Source of the DNA: Alphaproteobacteria bacterium
Lineage (GTDB): Bacteria; Pseudomonadota; Alphaproteobacteria; JAAXGF01
Direction: 5' to 3'
NCBI GenBank assembly: GCA_963555825.3
Contig: CAUVXB020000002.1
Location: 1,856,001-1,920,000, forward strand
Length of the DNA stretch: 64,000 nucleotides
Notes under the pieces: model-generated
What the model was told of the DNA's origin: nothing
What the model saw: the letters and a program-made list of their open reading frames with translations, nothing else
Database searches by the model: none
Shown here: positions 34,538 through 44,723 of the stretch, in pieces
Layout of the letters: the number at the start of each line of letters is the position of its first letter
How positions within the stretch are numbered: the stretch's first letter is position 1
Translations under genes and position numbers: made by a program

Positions 34538-37048
34538 ATGACATCGTCAACCGACACCGCGCCGCGGCTCATCGCCGTGCTCGGCCCGACCAACACCGGC
34601 AAGACGCATCTCGCGGTCGAGCGCATGCTGGGCCACACCAGCGGCATCATCGGCCTGCCGCTGCGCCTGCTCGCGCGCGAGGTCTACGACCGCGTCGTCG
34701 AGCGCGCCGGCCGCGGCGCCGTGGCGCTGGTCACCGGCGAGGAAAAGCTGGTGCCGGCCAACCCGCGCTACTTCGTCTGCACGGTCGAGGCGATGCCGCT
34801 CGACCACCAGACCGCCTTCGTCGCGATCGACGAGATCCAGCTCTGCGCCGACGCCGAGCGCGGCCACGTCTTCACCCATCGCCTGCTGCACGCGCGCGGC
34901 CGCGAGGAGACCATGCTGCTCGGCGCCGAGACGATCCGCCCGCTGATCCGCCGGCTGGCGCCCGACGCGTCCTTCGTCACCCGGCCGCGACTTTCCAAGC
35001 TCAGCTATGCCGGGGCGGCCAAGCTGACGCGCCTGCCGCCACGCAGTGCGGTGGTCGCGTTCTCGGCCGCCGACGTCTACGCGATCGCCGAGTATCTCAG
35101 GCGCCAGCGCGGCGGCACGGCGGTCGTCTTGGGCGCGCTCAGCCCGCGCACGCGCAACGCCCAGGTCGCGCTCTATCAGGCCGGCGAGGTCGACTACATG
35201 GTGGCGACCGACGCCATCGGCATGGGTCTCAACCTCGACGTCGACCACATTGCCTTCGCCAGCCTGCGCAAGTTCGACGGCCGTGTCGAACGGGCGCTGA
35301 GCGCGGCGGAAGTCGCCCAGATCGCGGGTCGCGCCGGGCGCCACATGAACGACGGCAGCTTCGGCACGGCGAGCAATGTCGGCCCGCTCGACCCGGCCAT
35401 CGTCGAGGCGGTCGAGAACCACCGGTTCCCGAAGCTGCGCCACATCAACTGGCGCAACGGCCGGCTGCGCTTCGAATCGCTCAAGGCGCTGCTGCGCAGC
35501 CTCGACGAGGCGCCGCCGGCGCGCGAACTGTCGCGCGCGCCCGACGCCGACGACCATCTGTCGCTCGCCGCGCTGGCGCGCGACGATGCGGTCACGCGCG
35601 TCGCCACCAACCCCGACGCCGTGCGCCTGCTGTGGGACGTCTGCCAGACCCCCGACTACCGCAAGGTCATGGCCGACGCCCACGTCCGCATGCTCGGCCA
35701 GATCTACCACCATCTGATGCATGGCGACGAGCGCTTGCCGACCGATTGGATCGGCCGGCTGGTCGACCGTCTCGACCGCACCGACGGCGACATCGACACG
35801 CTGTCGGCGCGCATCGCCCATGTGCGCACCTGGACCTATGTGTCGAACCGGACCGGCTGGCTCGCCGACCCGGCGTATTGGCAGGGCCGCACGCGTGCCG
35901 TCGAGGACCGCCTGTCGGACGCCCTGCACGAGCGCCTGACCCAGCGCTTCATCGACCGCCGCACGGCGGCGCTGTCGCGGCGCATGAAGCACGACGGGCC
36001 GATCCACGCCGTGGTCGGTGACGATGGCGACGTCGCGGTCGAGAGCCATTTCATCGGCCGCCTCGTTGGCTTTCGCTTCGCCGCCGACGCGGCGAGCGCG
36101 CCCGAGGAGAGCAAGGCGCTGTGGCACGCGGCGAAGCGCGCGCTGCGCAGCGAGATCGCGCGCCGCGCGGTCGCCCTGGCGGGCGACCCGGACGACGCCT
36201 TCACGATCGACGACGCGATGCGGGTACTCTGGCGCGGTGCGCCGGTGGCGCGTCTGGTCGCGGCCAAGGACGTGCTGCGCCCGCGCGTCGAGCCGTTGAC
36301 CAGCGAGTTGCTCGAAGCGCCGGCACGCGACAAGATCCGCCAGCGTCTCGACGCCTGGCTGGTGGCGCGGCTGGCAGCCGACATCGGCCCGCTAACGGCG
36401 CTGCGCGAGGCCGCTCTCGAGGGCGCGGCACGCGGCGTCGCCTATCAGGTCTCCGAAGCCCTCGGCGCGCTGCCGCGGCGCGCCGTCGAACAGCAACTGC
36501 GCGCGCTCACGCCCGCCGACCGCAAGGCGCTCGGCCGGCTCGGCCTGCGCATCGGCAGCGAGGCCGTCTATCTCGCGCCGATGATCGAACCCCACGCGAT
36601 CGCCGCGCGCGCCCTGTTGTGGACGGTCAACGGCAAGCGCCCGGCGGTGCCCGCGGCGCCCGCGCGGAACGCGTTCTCGCTCGCCGTCGACACAAAGCTG
36701 CCGGTCGGCTTCTACGCCGCGCTCGGCTACCGCGTCGTCGGCGGCTGCGCGTTTCGCGTCGATGTCGTCGAGCGCATCGCCGCCAAGGCGCGCAAGCTCG
36801 CCAGGCTCGGACCGTTCACGCCGGGCGCCGACCTCGCATCGCTCGCGCGCTGCAATCCGGCCGACGTCGGTGCGCTGTTGGCCTCGATCGGCTACCGCGC
36901 CGAGCCGCCCGACGCCGGCGGCCTGGTCTGCTACGTCTGGCCCGACAAGCCACGAAGCAAGCGCGCCAGCGGCAAGCCGGCGCGCCGTCGCGGTGGCGAC
37001 GCCGCCTCGCCGTTCGCCAAACTCGCGGAGCTCGGCCTCGGCGAATGA
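34538..37048 (+). CDS. Suv3-like ATP-dependent helicase
   Basis: GPTNTGKT, DEIQ, ATDAIGMGLN and QIAGRAGR motifs. Confidence 0.9.
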   Translation: MTSSTDTAPRLIAVLGPTNTGKTHLAVERMLGHTSGIIGLPLRLLAREVYDRVVERAGRGAVALVTGEEKLVPANPRYFVCTVEAMPLDHQTAFVAIDEIQLCADAERGHVFTHRLLHARGREETMLLGAETIRPLIRRLAPDASFVTRPRLSKLSYAGAAKLTRLPPRSAVVAFSAADVYAIAEYLRRQRGGTAVVLGALSPRTRNAQVALYQAGEVDYMVATDAIGMGLNLDVDHIAFASLRKFDGRVERALSAAEVAQIAGRAGRHMNDGSFGTASNVGPLDPAIVEAVENHRFPKLRHINWRNGRLRFESLKALLRSLDEAPPARELSRAPDADDHLSLAALARDDAVTRVATNPDAVRLLWDVCQTPDYRKVMADAHVRMLGQIYHHLMHGDERLPTDWIGRLVDRLDRTDGDIDTLSARIAHVRTWTYVSNRTGWLADPAYWQGRTRAVEDRLSDALHERLTQRFIDRRTAALSRRMKHDGPIHAVVGDDGDVAVESHFIGRLVGFRFAADAASAPEESKALWHAAKRALRSEIARRAVALAGDPDDAFTIDDAMRVLWRGAPVARLVAAKDVLRPRVEPLTSELLEAPARDKIRQRLDAWLVARLAADIGPLTALREAALEGAARGVAYQVSEALGALPRRAVEQQLRALTPADRKALGRLGLRIGSEAVYLAPMIEPHAIAARALLWTVNGKRPAVPAAPARNAFSLAVDTKLPVGFYAALGYRVVGGCAFRVDVVERIAAKARKLARLGPFTPGADLASLARCNPADVGALLASIGYRAEPPDAGGLVCYVWPDKPRSKRASGKPARRRGGDAASPFAKLAELGLGE

Positions 37049-37446
37049 GCGAAGACCGCCAGCGCCTCGACAAGTGGCTCTGGTACGCGCGCTTCTTCAA
37101 GACGCGTTCGCTCGCCACCCGCGTCTGCGCCGCCAGCCGAGTACGGATCAACCGCGTGGTCGTCGCCAAGGCGAACGCGGCGGTCAAGATCGGCGACGTG
37201 CTGACCTTTCCGCAGGCGAGCCGCATCCGTGTCGTCGAGGTCGCCGCGCTCGGCGAACGACGCGGTCCGGCGGCCGAGGCGCGGGCGCTCTACACCGATC
37301 TCGTGCCCGATGAGCCGGTGGTCGGCAAGACGGCTGCCGGCGAGACGGCTGCGCCCGCGCCACGCGCACGCGGTGCTGGCCGGCCGACAAAGGCCGAGAG
37401 GCGCGCGACCGAGCGCCTCAAGCGCGGCGATGCGGACGCCGTTTGA
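37045..37446 (+). CDS. hslR: RNA-binding S4 domain heat shock protein Hsp15
   Basis: RLDKWLWYARFFKTRSLA, RRGPA.EA and GRPTKAERR motifs. Confidence 0.85.
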   Translation: MSEDRQRLDKWLWYARFFKTRSLATRVCAASRVRINRVVVAKANAAVKIGDVLTFPQASRIRVVEVAALGERRGPAAEARALYTDLVPDEPVVGKTAAGETAAPAPRARGAGRPTKAERRATERLKRGDADAV

Positions 37447-37510
37447 GCGGGCCAAAGCCGCATAATTCCTATGGTTGTGCGAGTCGCCGCCGTTGTGATA
37501 GGCAGTGCGC

Positions 37511-37996
37511 ATGATCGCACGCATCAAGGCACTGTTCGCCACCTTCGGCGCCAGCGAACCGGTCGTGTCAGAGGCCGCCGGCGTTGACGAGCTGCACCTC
37601 GCGGCGGCGGCGCTGCTCGCCGAGGCGGCGCTCGGCGACGACCGGTTCGACGACGTCGAACGGGTTGCCATCGGCCGCCTGCTGCGCGAACGCTTCGGTC
37701 TCGACGAGGATGACGTCGGGCGCCTGGTCGAGGCCGCGACGCAGCGCGCCAGCGACTCGGTACACCTGTTGCGTTTTACCCGTCGAATCAAGGATAACTT
37801 CTCGCCCGCCGAACGGGTCGAGTTGATCGAGATGATCTGGGAGGTCGTCTACGCCGACGGCGAGCTGCACGATTACGAGGATTCGTTGTTGCGCCGCATC
37901 GCCGGATTGATCTACGTGTCGGACCGTGACCGTGGAGCGGCGCGCAAACGCGTGCTTGAACGCCTCGCCGCGGCCCAACAGGAAGCGCCGGCCTGA
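37511..37996 (+). CDS. TerB-family protein
   Basis: AAAALL.E...D, WEVVYADG...YED..LRRIAGL pattern. Confidence 0.85.
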   Translation: MIARIKALFATFGASEPVVSEAAGVDELHLAAAALLAEAALGDDRFDDVERVAIGRLLRERFGLDEDDVGRLVEAATQRASDSVHLLRFTRRIKDNFSPAERVELIEMIWEVVYADGELHDYEDSLLRRIAGLIYVSDRDRGAARKRVLERLAAAQQEAPA

Positions 37997-38037
37997 CCGG
38001 GGGCACCGGCCGCGCGAATTCTCGACTGGAGAGACGA

Positions 38038-38379
38038 ATGACGTACATCGTTAACGATTCCTGCATCAGATGCAAGCTCATGGACTGCGTCGAGGTATGC
38101 CCCGTCGACTGCTTCTACGAGGGCGAGAACATGCTTGTCATCCACCCCGACGAGTGCATCGATTGCGGCGTTTGCGAACCCGAATGCCCGGTCGAGGCGA
38201 TCCTGCCCGATACCGAGGGCGACGTCTCCAAATGGGTCGAGTTCAACCGCGACTATTCCGAGCAGTGGCCCAACATCACGCGCATGGGAACCCCGCCCGC
38301 GGATGCCGACGCGTGGCGGGACGTGCCCGACAAGATGAAGTACTTCAGCGCCAACCCGGGGTCGTCGGGGGAAGGTTGA
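38038..38379 (+). CDS. fdxA: 7Fe ferredoxin
   Basis: [18 protein letters not shown]...[12 protein letters not shown]. Confidence 0.93.
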   Translation: MTYIVNDSCIRCKLMDCVEVCPVDCFYEGENMLVIHPDECIDCGVCEPECPVEAILPDTEGDVSKWVEFNRDYSEQWPNITRMGTPPADADAWRDVPDKMKYFSANPGSSGEG

Positions 38380-38640
38380 CGGCAAAGTTCGACGCGGTTT
38401 GACGTTGGATCGCGTCTAACCCCTGTATTTTTCGCGTTTTTATGCTATATTAGGCACAGAAATCGGGATCACCGATGCGTTTGGCCATGAGTGCGGATGG
38501 TAGGCCGAACGGGGGTGCCGGAGCGCACCCGATCACCGAGTGTTGCTTGTGCTGTTGTCCTTCGCGGGGACGGAACTCGCCTCGCGTGCGCCGGAATTCG
38601 ACCGTCGCGCACCAGGCCTATGAAAGTGAGAGACGTGAGT

Positions 38641-39138
38641 ATGACCAAGAAAATGGCATTCAGTGAGGGCGATTTCGTCGTCTATCCGACCCACGGGGTT
38701 GGCCGGGTCACCGGCGTCGAGTTCCAAAACATAGGCGACCTCGAGATCGAGGTCGTCGTAATTTCCTTCGACAAGGAAAAGATGACGCTGCGCGTGCCGG
38801 TCGACAAGGTGACGGGCGCGGGCATGCGCCGGCTGTCGACGCGCGAGACGATGAAGTCCGCGCTGACGACGCTGCGGGGACGCGCCCGCGTCAAGCGCAC
38901 AATGTGGAGCCGCCGCGCCCAGGAGTACGAGGCCAAGATCAATTCGGGCGACCCGATCTCGATCGCCGAAGTGGTGCGCGATTTGCACCGCGATACCGAT
39001 CAGCCCGATCGCTCCTACAGCGAGCGCCAGCTCTACGAGGCGGCGCTAGAGCGTCTTGCCCGCGAGTTCGCCGCGGTCGAGCAGATCGAGCCCGACACCG
39101 CCGCCGAGCGTCTCGAGAACATGCTCGCCGCCGCCTGA
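38641..39138 (+). CDS. carD: CarD-family transcriptional regulator
   Basis: VVYPTHGVG, WSRRAQEYEAKINSG and SYSERQLYE motifs. Confidence 0.93.
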   Translation: MTKKMAFSEGDFVVYPTHGVGRVTGVEFQNIGDLEIEVVVISFDKEKMTLRVPVDKVTGAGMRRLSTRETMKSALTTLRGRARVKRTMWSRRAQEYEAKINSGDPISIAEVVRDLHRDTDQPDRSYSERQLYEAALERLAREFAAVEQIEPDTAAERLENMLAAA

Positions 39139-39194
39139 GGCGCGCGCCGAACCCCGTCCAACCCTGCCCCGCGCTGCTCGCCGAGGACCGTGAA

Positions 39195-40007
39195 GTGACG
39201 GCGTCCCGGCTCGACAGCGCGAAATTCGCGATCCTGCGCCGGCCGCGGCGGGTCTGGACGGTCGCCGCCATCCACGGCGAGGCCGACCGCTTGGCCGCAC
39301 TCCACGATGCGATCGATGCGCGCTTCGAGCCAGGCGATCGGCTCGCCTATCTGGGCAACTATCTGGGCCACGGCCCCGAAATTCCGGCGACGCTCGACGA
39401 ACTGCTGCGCTTCCGGCGTGCGACCTTGGCGCGGCCCGGCATGATGGCCTGTGACATCGTATTCCTGCGCGGCGCGCAGGAGGAGATGTGGGCCAAGCTG
39501 TTACAGATCCATCTCGCCTTCAGCCCGACCGAGGTGCTCGAGTGGATGTTCGAGCGCGGCGTCGCGGCGACGCTCGAGGCCTATGGCGGCGATCCGCGGA
39601 GCGCCATGGCGCGCGCCCGGTTGAGCGCCGTCGAGCTGGCCCGCTGGACCTCGGAATTGCGCGACGCGATGAACGCCTATCCCGGCCATTACGTGCTGAT
39701 GACCGTGCTCCGGCGCGCCGCGGTGACCGACGACGGCACGCTCCTGTTGGTCCATGCCGGCGTCGACCCGAGCCGGCCGCTGGCCGCCCAGTCCGACGCC
39801 TTCTGGTGGGGCTCAGGCGGCTTCGATGCGATGACCGAGCCCTACGGCGGGTTCACCCTCGTGGTGCGCGGTTACGACCGCGCCGGCCAGGGCTTCCGCG
39901 TCACGCCGCCGACCGCGACGATCGACGGCGGCTGCGGCTCGGGCGGCGCCCTCCACGCCGCCTGCTTCGCGGCGGACGGCGAATTGGTCGACCACATCGA
40001 GGTCTGA
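39195..40007 (+). CDS. Metallophosphoesterase-fold protein with degenerate catalytic motifs
   Basis: AAIHG / LGNYLGHG / LRGAQE / VHAG align with the PPP motifs GDIHG / GDYVDRG / GNHE / VHAG. Confidence 0.75.
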   Translation: MTASRLDSAKFAILRRPRRVWTVAAIHGEADRLAALHDAIDARFEPGDRLAYLGNYLGHGPEIPATLDELLRFRRATLARPGMMACDIVFLRGAQEEMWAKLLQIHLAFSPTEVLEWMFERGVAATLEAYGGDPRSAMARARLSAVELARWTSELRDAMNAYPGHYVLMTVLRRAAVTDDGTLLLVHAGVDPSRPLAAQSDAFWWGSGGFDAMTEPYGGFTLVVRGYDRAGQGFRVTPPTATIDGGCGSGGALHAACFAADGELVDHIEV

Positions 40008-40156
40008 AACCGAAACCTCGCGACCACCTCGCTCCGATCTCACACGGACGTGACTCGGCTTGATTCGGCTTTCGCCGTCCGGTTCCCCACAATTGTCGAA
40101 ACGGTCGAGCGCCGAGGATAACGGCCCGACTGTGCCAATTGCGAGGAGCGGGACGC

Positions 40157-41047
40157 ATGTCGGCCGTCGCCGAGAGTTTCGAGGTCCAAAGGGCCAATCG
40201 CCGTTTCATCAAGCAGTCGTTCCGCGCGCCGATGCTCGAGCGCGACCACGAGATGGCGCTGGCGCGGCGTTGGCGCGACGACGACGACGTCGACGCCATG
40301 CACGAGCTGGTGATCGCCTATTCCCGGCTGGTGATCAGCGCGGCGGCGCGCTACCGGGGCTACGGCCTGGCAATGGGCGATCTGATGCAGGAGGGCCTGG
40401 TCGGCCTGATGATCGCCGCCGAACGCTTCGATCCCGACCGCGGCGTGCGCTTCTCGACCTATGCCGGCTGGTGGCTGCGATCGTCGATGCAGGATTTCAT
40501 CCTGCGCAATTGGTCGGTCGTGCGAACCGGCACGACGGCGGCGCAGAAGACGCTGTTCTTCAACCTGCGCCGCCTGCGCGCGCGCCTCGAGGACGACGTC
40601 GACGGGCGGTTGAGCGACGTGGCGCGCGCCGGCATCGCCAGCGAGCTGCGCGTCGGCGTCAGCGACGTCGAGCAAATGGAAATGCGGCTCGCCGCGAACG
40701 ACCATTCGCTCAACCTGCGCGTCGGCGCCGAGGGCGACGATGAATGGCAGGACTTGTTGGTCGACGACGCGCCGTCGCCCGAGGACAACGCCGTCGCGAG
40801 CCATGACGCGACGACGCACGGCCGCTGGCTCGCCGTCGCGCTGGCCGAACTCTCGGCGCGCGAGCGCAAGATCATCCGCGCGCGCCGCCTCAGCGACGAT
40901 GCCGAGACCCTGGTGACCATCGGCAGCCGCCTCCGCATCTCCAAGGAGCGCGTGCGCCAGATCGAACACCGCGCCTTGGCGAAGCTGAAGGCGTCGATCT
41001 TGCGCCAGTCCGGCGTCGCCCCCGACCAAGCGCCATTCTACGGTTGA
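40157..41047 (+). CDS. rpoH: RNA polymerase sigma-32 family factor (RpoH2-like)
   Basis: DLMQEG, RFSTYA, RpoH box QKTLFFNLR and SKERVRQIE. Confidence 0.88.
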   Translation: MSAVAESFEVQRANRRFIKQSFRAPMLERDHEMALARRWRDDDDVDAMHELVIAYSRLVISAAARYRGYGLAMGDLMQEGLVGLMIAAERFDPDRGVRFSTYAGWWLRSSMQDFILRNWSVVRTGTTAAQKTLFFNLRRLRARLEDDVDGRLSDVARAGIASELRVGVSDVEQMEMRLAANDHSLNLRVGAEGDDEWQDLLVDDAPSPEDNAVASHDATTHGRWLAVALAELSARERKIIRARRLSDDAETLVTIGSRLRISKERVRQIEHRALAKLKASILRQSGVAPDQAPFYG

Positions 41048-41335
41048 CCTTCTTTATGCGGTCACCTTTACGCGTCGCGTAAAGACGACCTGCGCTCAAT
41101 CGCCGCGCATGCCAATCTTTATCCCACAAGGGCTGGCCGAACGGTCGGTGGCCCGCGGTCGCGGGCTGGTTTGGCCCGAAGCGCTGGAGCGCCGCGTTTA
41201 GGCATAACCCGATCGATTTGATCGATCGGATTATGCCAGCCCGCGACCGCGGGCCGCCGCTAATGCGGCGAGAGCATGCGCGGCGATTGAGCGCAGGTCA
41301 CCGCAGGTGACCGCACAAAAGAGTCACACAAGAAT
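41045..41335. repeat. Inverted dimer of the modular intergenic repeat (copy 5)
   Basis: A forward copy and a reverse copy share a central GCATAACCCGATCGAT..ATCGATCGGATTATGC hairpin; lies between convergent genes. Confidence 0.82.
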
Positions 41336-42118
41336 CTATTCCTCGATGACCTCGATCTGCTCGGGGTGGGTGACCTCGATGAGCGGCCCGTTGAAGCGCT
41401 TGACCCAACCGCGCACGCGCACGAGGCGGTCCTTGAGTGCGGCGAGGTCCCAGCCCTCGCGCTCGAACAGGCGGCGGTGGCGCGTCTCGATCGAAACCGT
41501 GAAGTCGGTCTTCCAGTCGACGTCGAAGTTGAGGTAGGTACGCGCGCGCCGCTCGGCGACGTCGAGGACGCGGCCGACGACCAGCTCGAAACCGTCGTAG
41601 GGCACCGCGCCCGGCACTGCGCGCCGCACGGCATAGAACCGATGCGCCCAGATGCCGCGCCGGGCGCCGCGCGCCGCCGCCTCGATCGCCAGCATCTCGG
41701 GCACCAGCGCGCGATTGTCGCGGAAGCTGTAGACCCGCGCCAGGCCGAGGCGCAGCATCTCACCCTGCAGCCACAGCCCGTCGGCGCGGTGGAGGTGAGC
41801 GAGCAGGCGGCCGTGGCGGTCGATGCGCCGCCCGCCGAAGGAGAGCGTCACCATGCGATCGAGCGCGAGCGCCTCGAGCGCGCCCTTGGCCTCGCCGGCC
41901 AGCGGCCAGGTCGGGAAATCGGGCCTGCCGAGCGGCAGCTTAGGCGCCTGGATGCCGACCATGCGGACCTGTTCGCCGGTGTCGAGCACGACGGTGTCGC
42001 CGTCGACCACCTCGACGACGCGCGCCGCGCCGCCGGCGGCCAGCTCGGCCACGGCCACGGCCGGTGCGGCGAGCCAAACGACGAGCAAGGCGAGGACATG
42101 GCGGCGCATGACGACCAC
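41336..42118 (-). CDS. Thermonuclease (SNase) family protein
   Basis: Signal peptide; VVDGDT, VRMVGIQAP, DRHGRLLAH and ARRGIW motifs. Confidence 0.9.
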   Translation of the reverse strand: MVVMRRHVLALLVVWLAAPAVAVAELAAGGAARVVEVVDGDTVVLDTGEQVRMVGIQAPKLPLGRPDFPTWPLAGEAKGALEALALDRMVTLSFGGRRIDRHGRLLAHLHRADGLWLQGEMLRLGLARVYSFRDNRALVPEMLAIEAAARGARRGIWAHRFYAVRRAVPGAVPYDGFELVVGRVLDVAERRARTYLNFDVDWKTDFTVSIETRHRRLFEREGWDLAALKDRLVRVRGWVKRFNGPLIEVTHPEQIEVIEE

Positions 42119-42205
42119 TCTATCACGCGTCCGCGCATGCGGGCCTTGCCCCTGGTCGCGGCTTCTCTATGATCGGTCGCTTGGCGCCGCGCACCGGGGG
42201 CAAGC

Positions 42206-43156
42206 ATGGGCCGCAGCGACCTCTATCCCGAGATCGAACCCTACCAGACCGGCCGGCTCGTGGTCGACGACCGCCATAGCCTCTATTGGGAGCAGTCGGG
42301 CAATCCCGACGGCGTGCCGGTGGTCTTTCTGCACGGCGGCCCGGGCGCTGGCGCGTCGGGCGCGCAGCGGCGCTTCTTCGACCCGGCGCATTACCGCATC
42401 GTCATCTTCGACCAGCGCGGCGCCGGACGCTCGACGCCGCTCGGCGAGCTGATCGACAACACCACGGGCCATCTCATCGCCGATATCGAACGGCTGCGCG
42501 AGACGCTCGGCATCGAGCGCTGGATCGTGTTCGGCGGTTCGTGGGGCTCGACGCTGGCGATCGCCTACGCCGAGCACCACGCCGAACGCTGCATGGCGCT
42601 GGCGCTGCGCGGCATCTTCCTGTGCCGGCGTTCCGAGATCGACTGGTTCCTCAACGGCATGAGAACCGTGTTCCCGGCCGAATGGGCTACGCTCGTCGGC
42701 TATCTGCCCGCGGCCGAACGGGGCGACATATTAGGCGGCTACCACCGTCGCCTGATCGACCCCGACCCGGCGGTGCACATGCCGGCGGCGCGTGTCTGGT
42801 CGGGCTACGAGGCGTCGTGTTCGACGCTGTTGCCCGACCCGGCGCTGGTCGCGTCGTTCCAGACCGACGTTATGGCGCTGGGCGTCGCCCGCCTCGAGGC
42901 GCATTACTTCATGAACGACATCTTCCTGCCGCCGGGTTCGCTGTTGGCCAACGCCGACAAGCTGCGCGGCATCCCCGGCTTCATGGTGCAGGGGCGCTAC
43001 GACATGGTGTGTCCGATCGTCACCGCAGAGGAACTCCACACCGTCTGGCCCGAGGCCGCGTACCGGATCATCGACGACGCCGGCCATTGGGCGTTCGAGC
43101 CCGGCATCCGAGCAGCGCTGGTCGAGGCGATGGAAGGCTTCAAAACGCTCGCGTGA
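42206..43156 (+). CDS. pip: Prolyl aminopeptidase (proline iminopeptidase)
   Basis: HGGPG, FDQRG.GRS, GGSWGS, LRGIF and GRYD motifs. Confidence 0.93.
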   Translation: MGRSDLYPEIEPYQTGRLVVDDRHSLYWEQSGNPDGVPVVFLHGGPGAGASGAQRRFFDPAHYRIVIFDQRGAGRSTPLGELIDNTTGHLIADIERLRETLGIERWIVFGGSWGSTLAIAYAEHHAERCMALALRGIFLCRRSEIDWFLNGMRTVFPAEWATLVGYLPAAERGDILGGYHRRLIDPDPAVHMPAARVWSGYEASCSTLLPDPALVASFQTDVMALGVARLEAHYFMNDIFLPPGSLLANADKLRGIPGFMVQGRYDMVCPIVTAEELHTVWPEAAYRIIDDAGHWAFEPGIRAALVEAMEGFKTLA

Positions 43157-43229
43157 CCGGGGTCTGGGGCCTTGCGCCGATAAAGAATTGCCCTACACTC
43201 GGCGGCTCGTCAGCTACCGGGGATTGGAC

Positions 43230-43721
43230 GTGCGACAGATTGCCAGCCTGATAACGGCCGTGGCGCTCGCGTGGGGCGCCGGCGCCGAAACCACCCGCGC
43301 CGACGAACCCGCCTTCTTCGCGGCGAGCGCCGGCGGTTTCGACGTCAACGACGACGACACCTCGGCCGAATTCCGCCTCGAATACCGTTCGGACTACCGC
43401 CTGTGGCACGTCGGCCCGATGTTTGGGCTGATGGCCAACGCCGACGGCGGCGTCTACGGCTACGGCGGCGTCTTCCTCGACATCTTCTTCGGCAAGAACT
43501 GGGTGCTCATGCCGAACGCCGCGGTCGGCGCCTATCGCGAGGGCAGCTCGAAGGACCTCGGCAGTATCCTGGAGTTCCGCACCGGCGCCGAGTTCGCCTA
43601 TCGCTTCGCGGACAAGTCGCGTCTCGGCATCGCCTTCCAGCATATCTCGAATGCCGGTCTCGCCCACAAGAATCCGGGCACCGGATCGGTGGTCCTGACC
43701 TACGCCATCCCGTTCAACTAA
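43230..43721 (+). CDS. Outer-membrane lipid A deacylase-like beta-barrel (PagL / acyloxyacyl hydrolase)
   Basis: Signal peptide; DLG..LEFR and HISNA...NPG motifs; aromatic residue near the C-terminus. Confidence 0.8.
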   Translation: MRQIASLITAVALAWGAGAETTRADEPAFFAASAGGFDVNDDDTSAEFRLEYRSDYRLWHVGPMFGLMANADGGVYGYGGVFLDIFFGKNWVLMPNAAVGAYREGSSKDLGSILEFRTGAEFAYRFADKSRLGIAFQHISNAGLAHKNPGTGSVVLTYAIPFN

Positions 43722-43783
43722 GCCGCACGCGCCGGCCGAACGATCGGCGGATCCCCCTCTTGACGCGATAAGGTTGGCGCGCG

Positions 43784-43827
43784 CTGGGATAATTCGACGA
43801 ATTCCAATCGACAGGATTATGCTCTAG
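43784..43827 (+). repeat. Single terminal module of the intergenic repeat (copy 6)
   Basis: GCTGGGATAATTCGACGA..AATCGACAGGATTATGCTCTAG. Confidence 0.6.
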
Positions 43828-43838
43828 AAAGGCTGGAC

Positions 43839-43880
43839 GCGCCCGTAGCTCAGCAGGATAGAGGACTTGATTCCTAATCT
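43839..43880 (+). pseudogene. 5' half of a tRNA-Arg(CCT), degenerate
   Basis: GCGCCCGTAGCTCAGCAGGATAGAG...TTCCTAA with no T arm or 3' acceptor strand. Confidence 0.75.
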
Positions 43881-43965
43881 AACAGTCTATAGCATTTAAC
43901 ATGTTGTTTATAAAAGAAATATGTTTTCCAATTCGCGGTAAGAACCGTGTAGCAAACCGTATTGT

Positions 43966-44042
43966 GCGCCCGTAGCTCAGCCGGATAGAGCACCGGTTTC
44001 CTAAACCGGGGGTCGTGGGTTCGAGTCCCTCCGGGCGCGCCA
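43966..44042 (+). tRNA. tRNA-Arg (anticodon CCT)
   Basis: Cloverleaf: acceptor GCGCCCG/CGGGCGC, anticodon arm CCGGT-TTCCTAA-ACCGG, GTTCGA, encoded CCA. Confidence 0.95.
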
Positions 44043-44723
44043 TTAAAACAAGGGCTTAGCTGAAATTTGCCAGGCCCTTGTTCTTGTGAGTTTGCCAATT
44101 AGTGGCCTTGGAAAGGGGCTTTCATTCATCTTTTTCCGGATCGGATGATGCGCCGCGGTTGTTCTCCATACTCTGTGCAGTAGATTCGCTCCTTCCCTAC
44201 CATCGCATTTGTTGCAGTTATGGCTGTGCCGATCATCGCGTTCATCCCGATGGGCCCCAACTCACGTCAACTATACTGCTCCCGCCGCGACTCGGCGTCG
44301 CGCTTCTAGCGTCATTGGGGATGTCAAATTCTAAGCCAAAAGACCCGCAATCGACCGTTCAAGGCCGTATATGAAACAGGACATGGACCCTATGCAGGCA
44401 AGATATGTCCAAAGCAATTGCCATCGAGTATATGCTGCGCCCCGTTTTTCGGACCACGGTTTAAGATAAGTCTGTCTCCTTCTTTCGGGGAAGGATTGAA
44501 GGATGACGAGGGTTCGCAAGACGCATGGCGAAGGTTTCAAATTCAAGGTGGCGCTGGCGGCGTTGAAGGGAGACCGGACGCTTGGGGAGCTGAGCCGGGA
44601 GTATGCGGTTTCGGTTGGCGCGATCCAGAAGTGGCGTGACCAGTTGGAATGTGGGGGCAAGTGAGGTGGTCCCACTTTGTTGGACAGTTTGGCAGCGCGG
44701 TTAAGGTGTATTCCGTTGTTTGA

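Noticed and set aside
37511-37996. Tellurite resistance island
   Set aside because: Lone TerB-family gene in a housekeeping context with no other ter genes
43159-43170. GGGGTCTGGGGC as a distant RAYT REP copy
   Set aside because: Only a partial match, without the palindromic partner
43874-44098. 74-aa ORF
   Set aside because: Antisense read of tRNA-Arg
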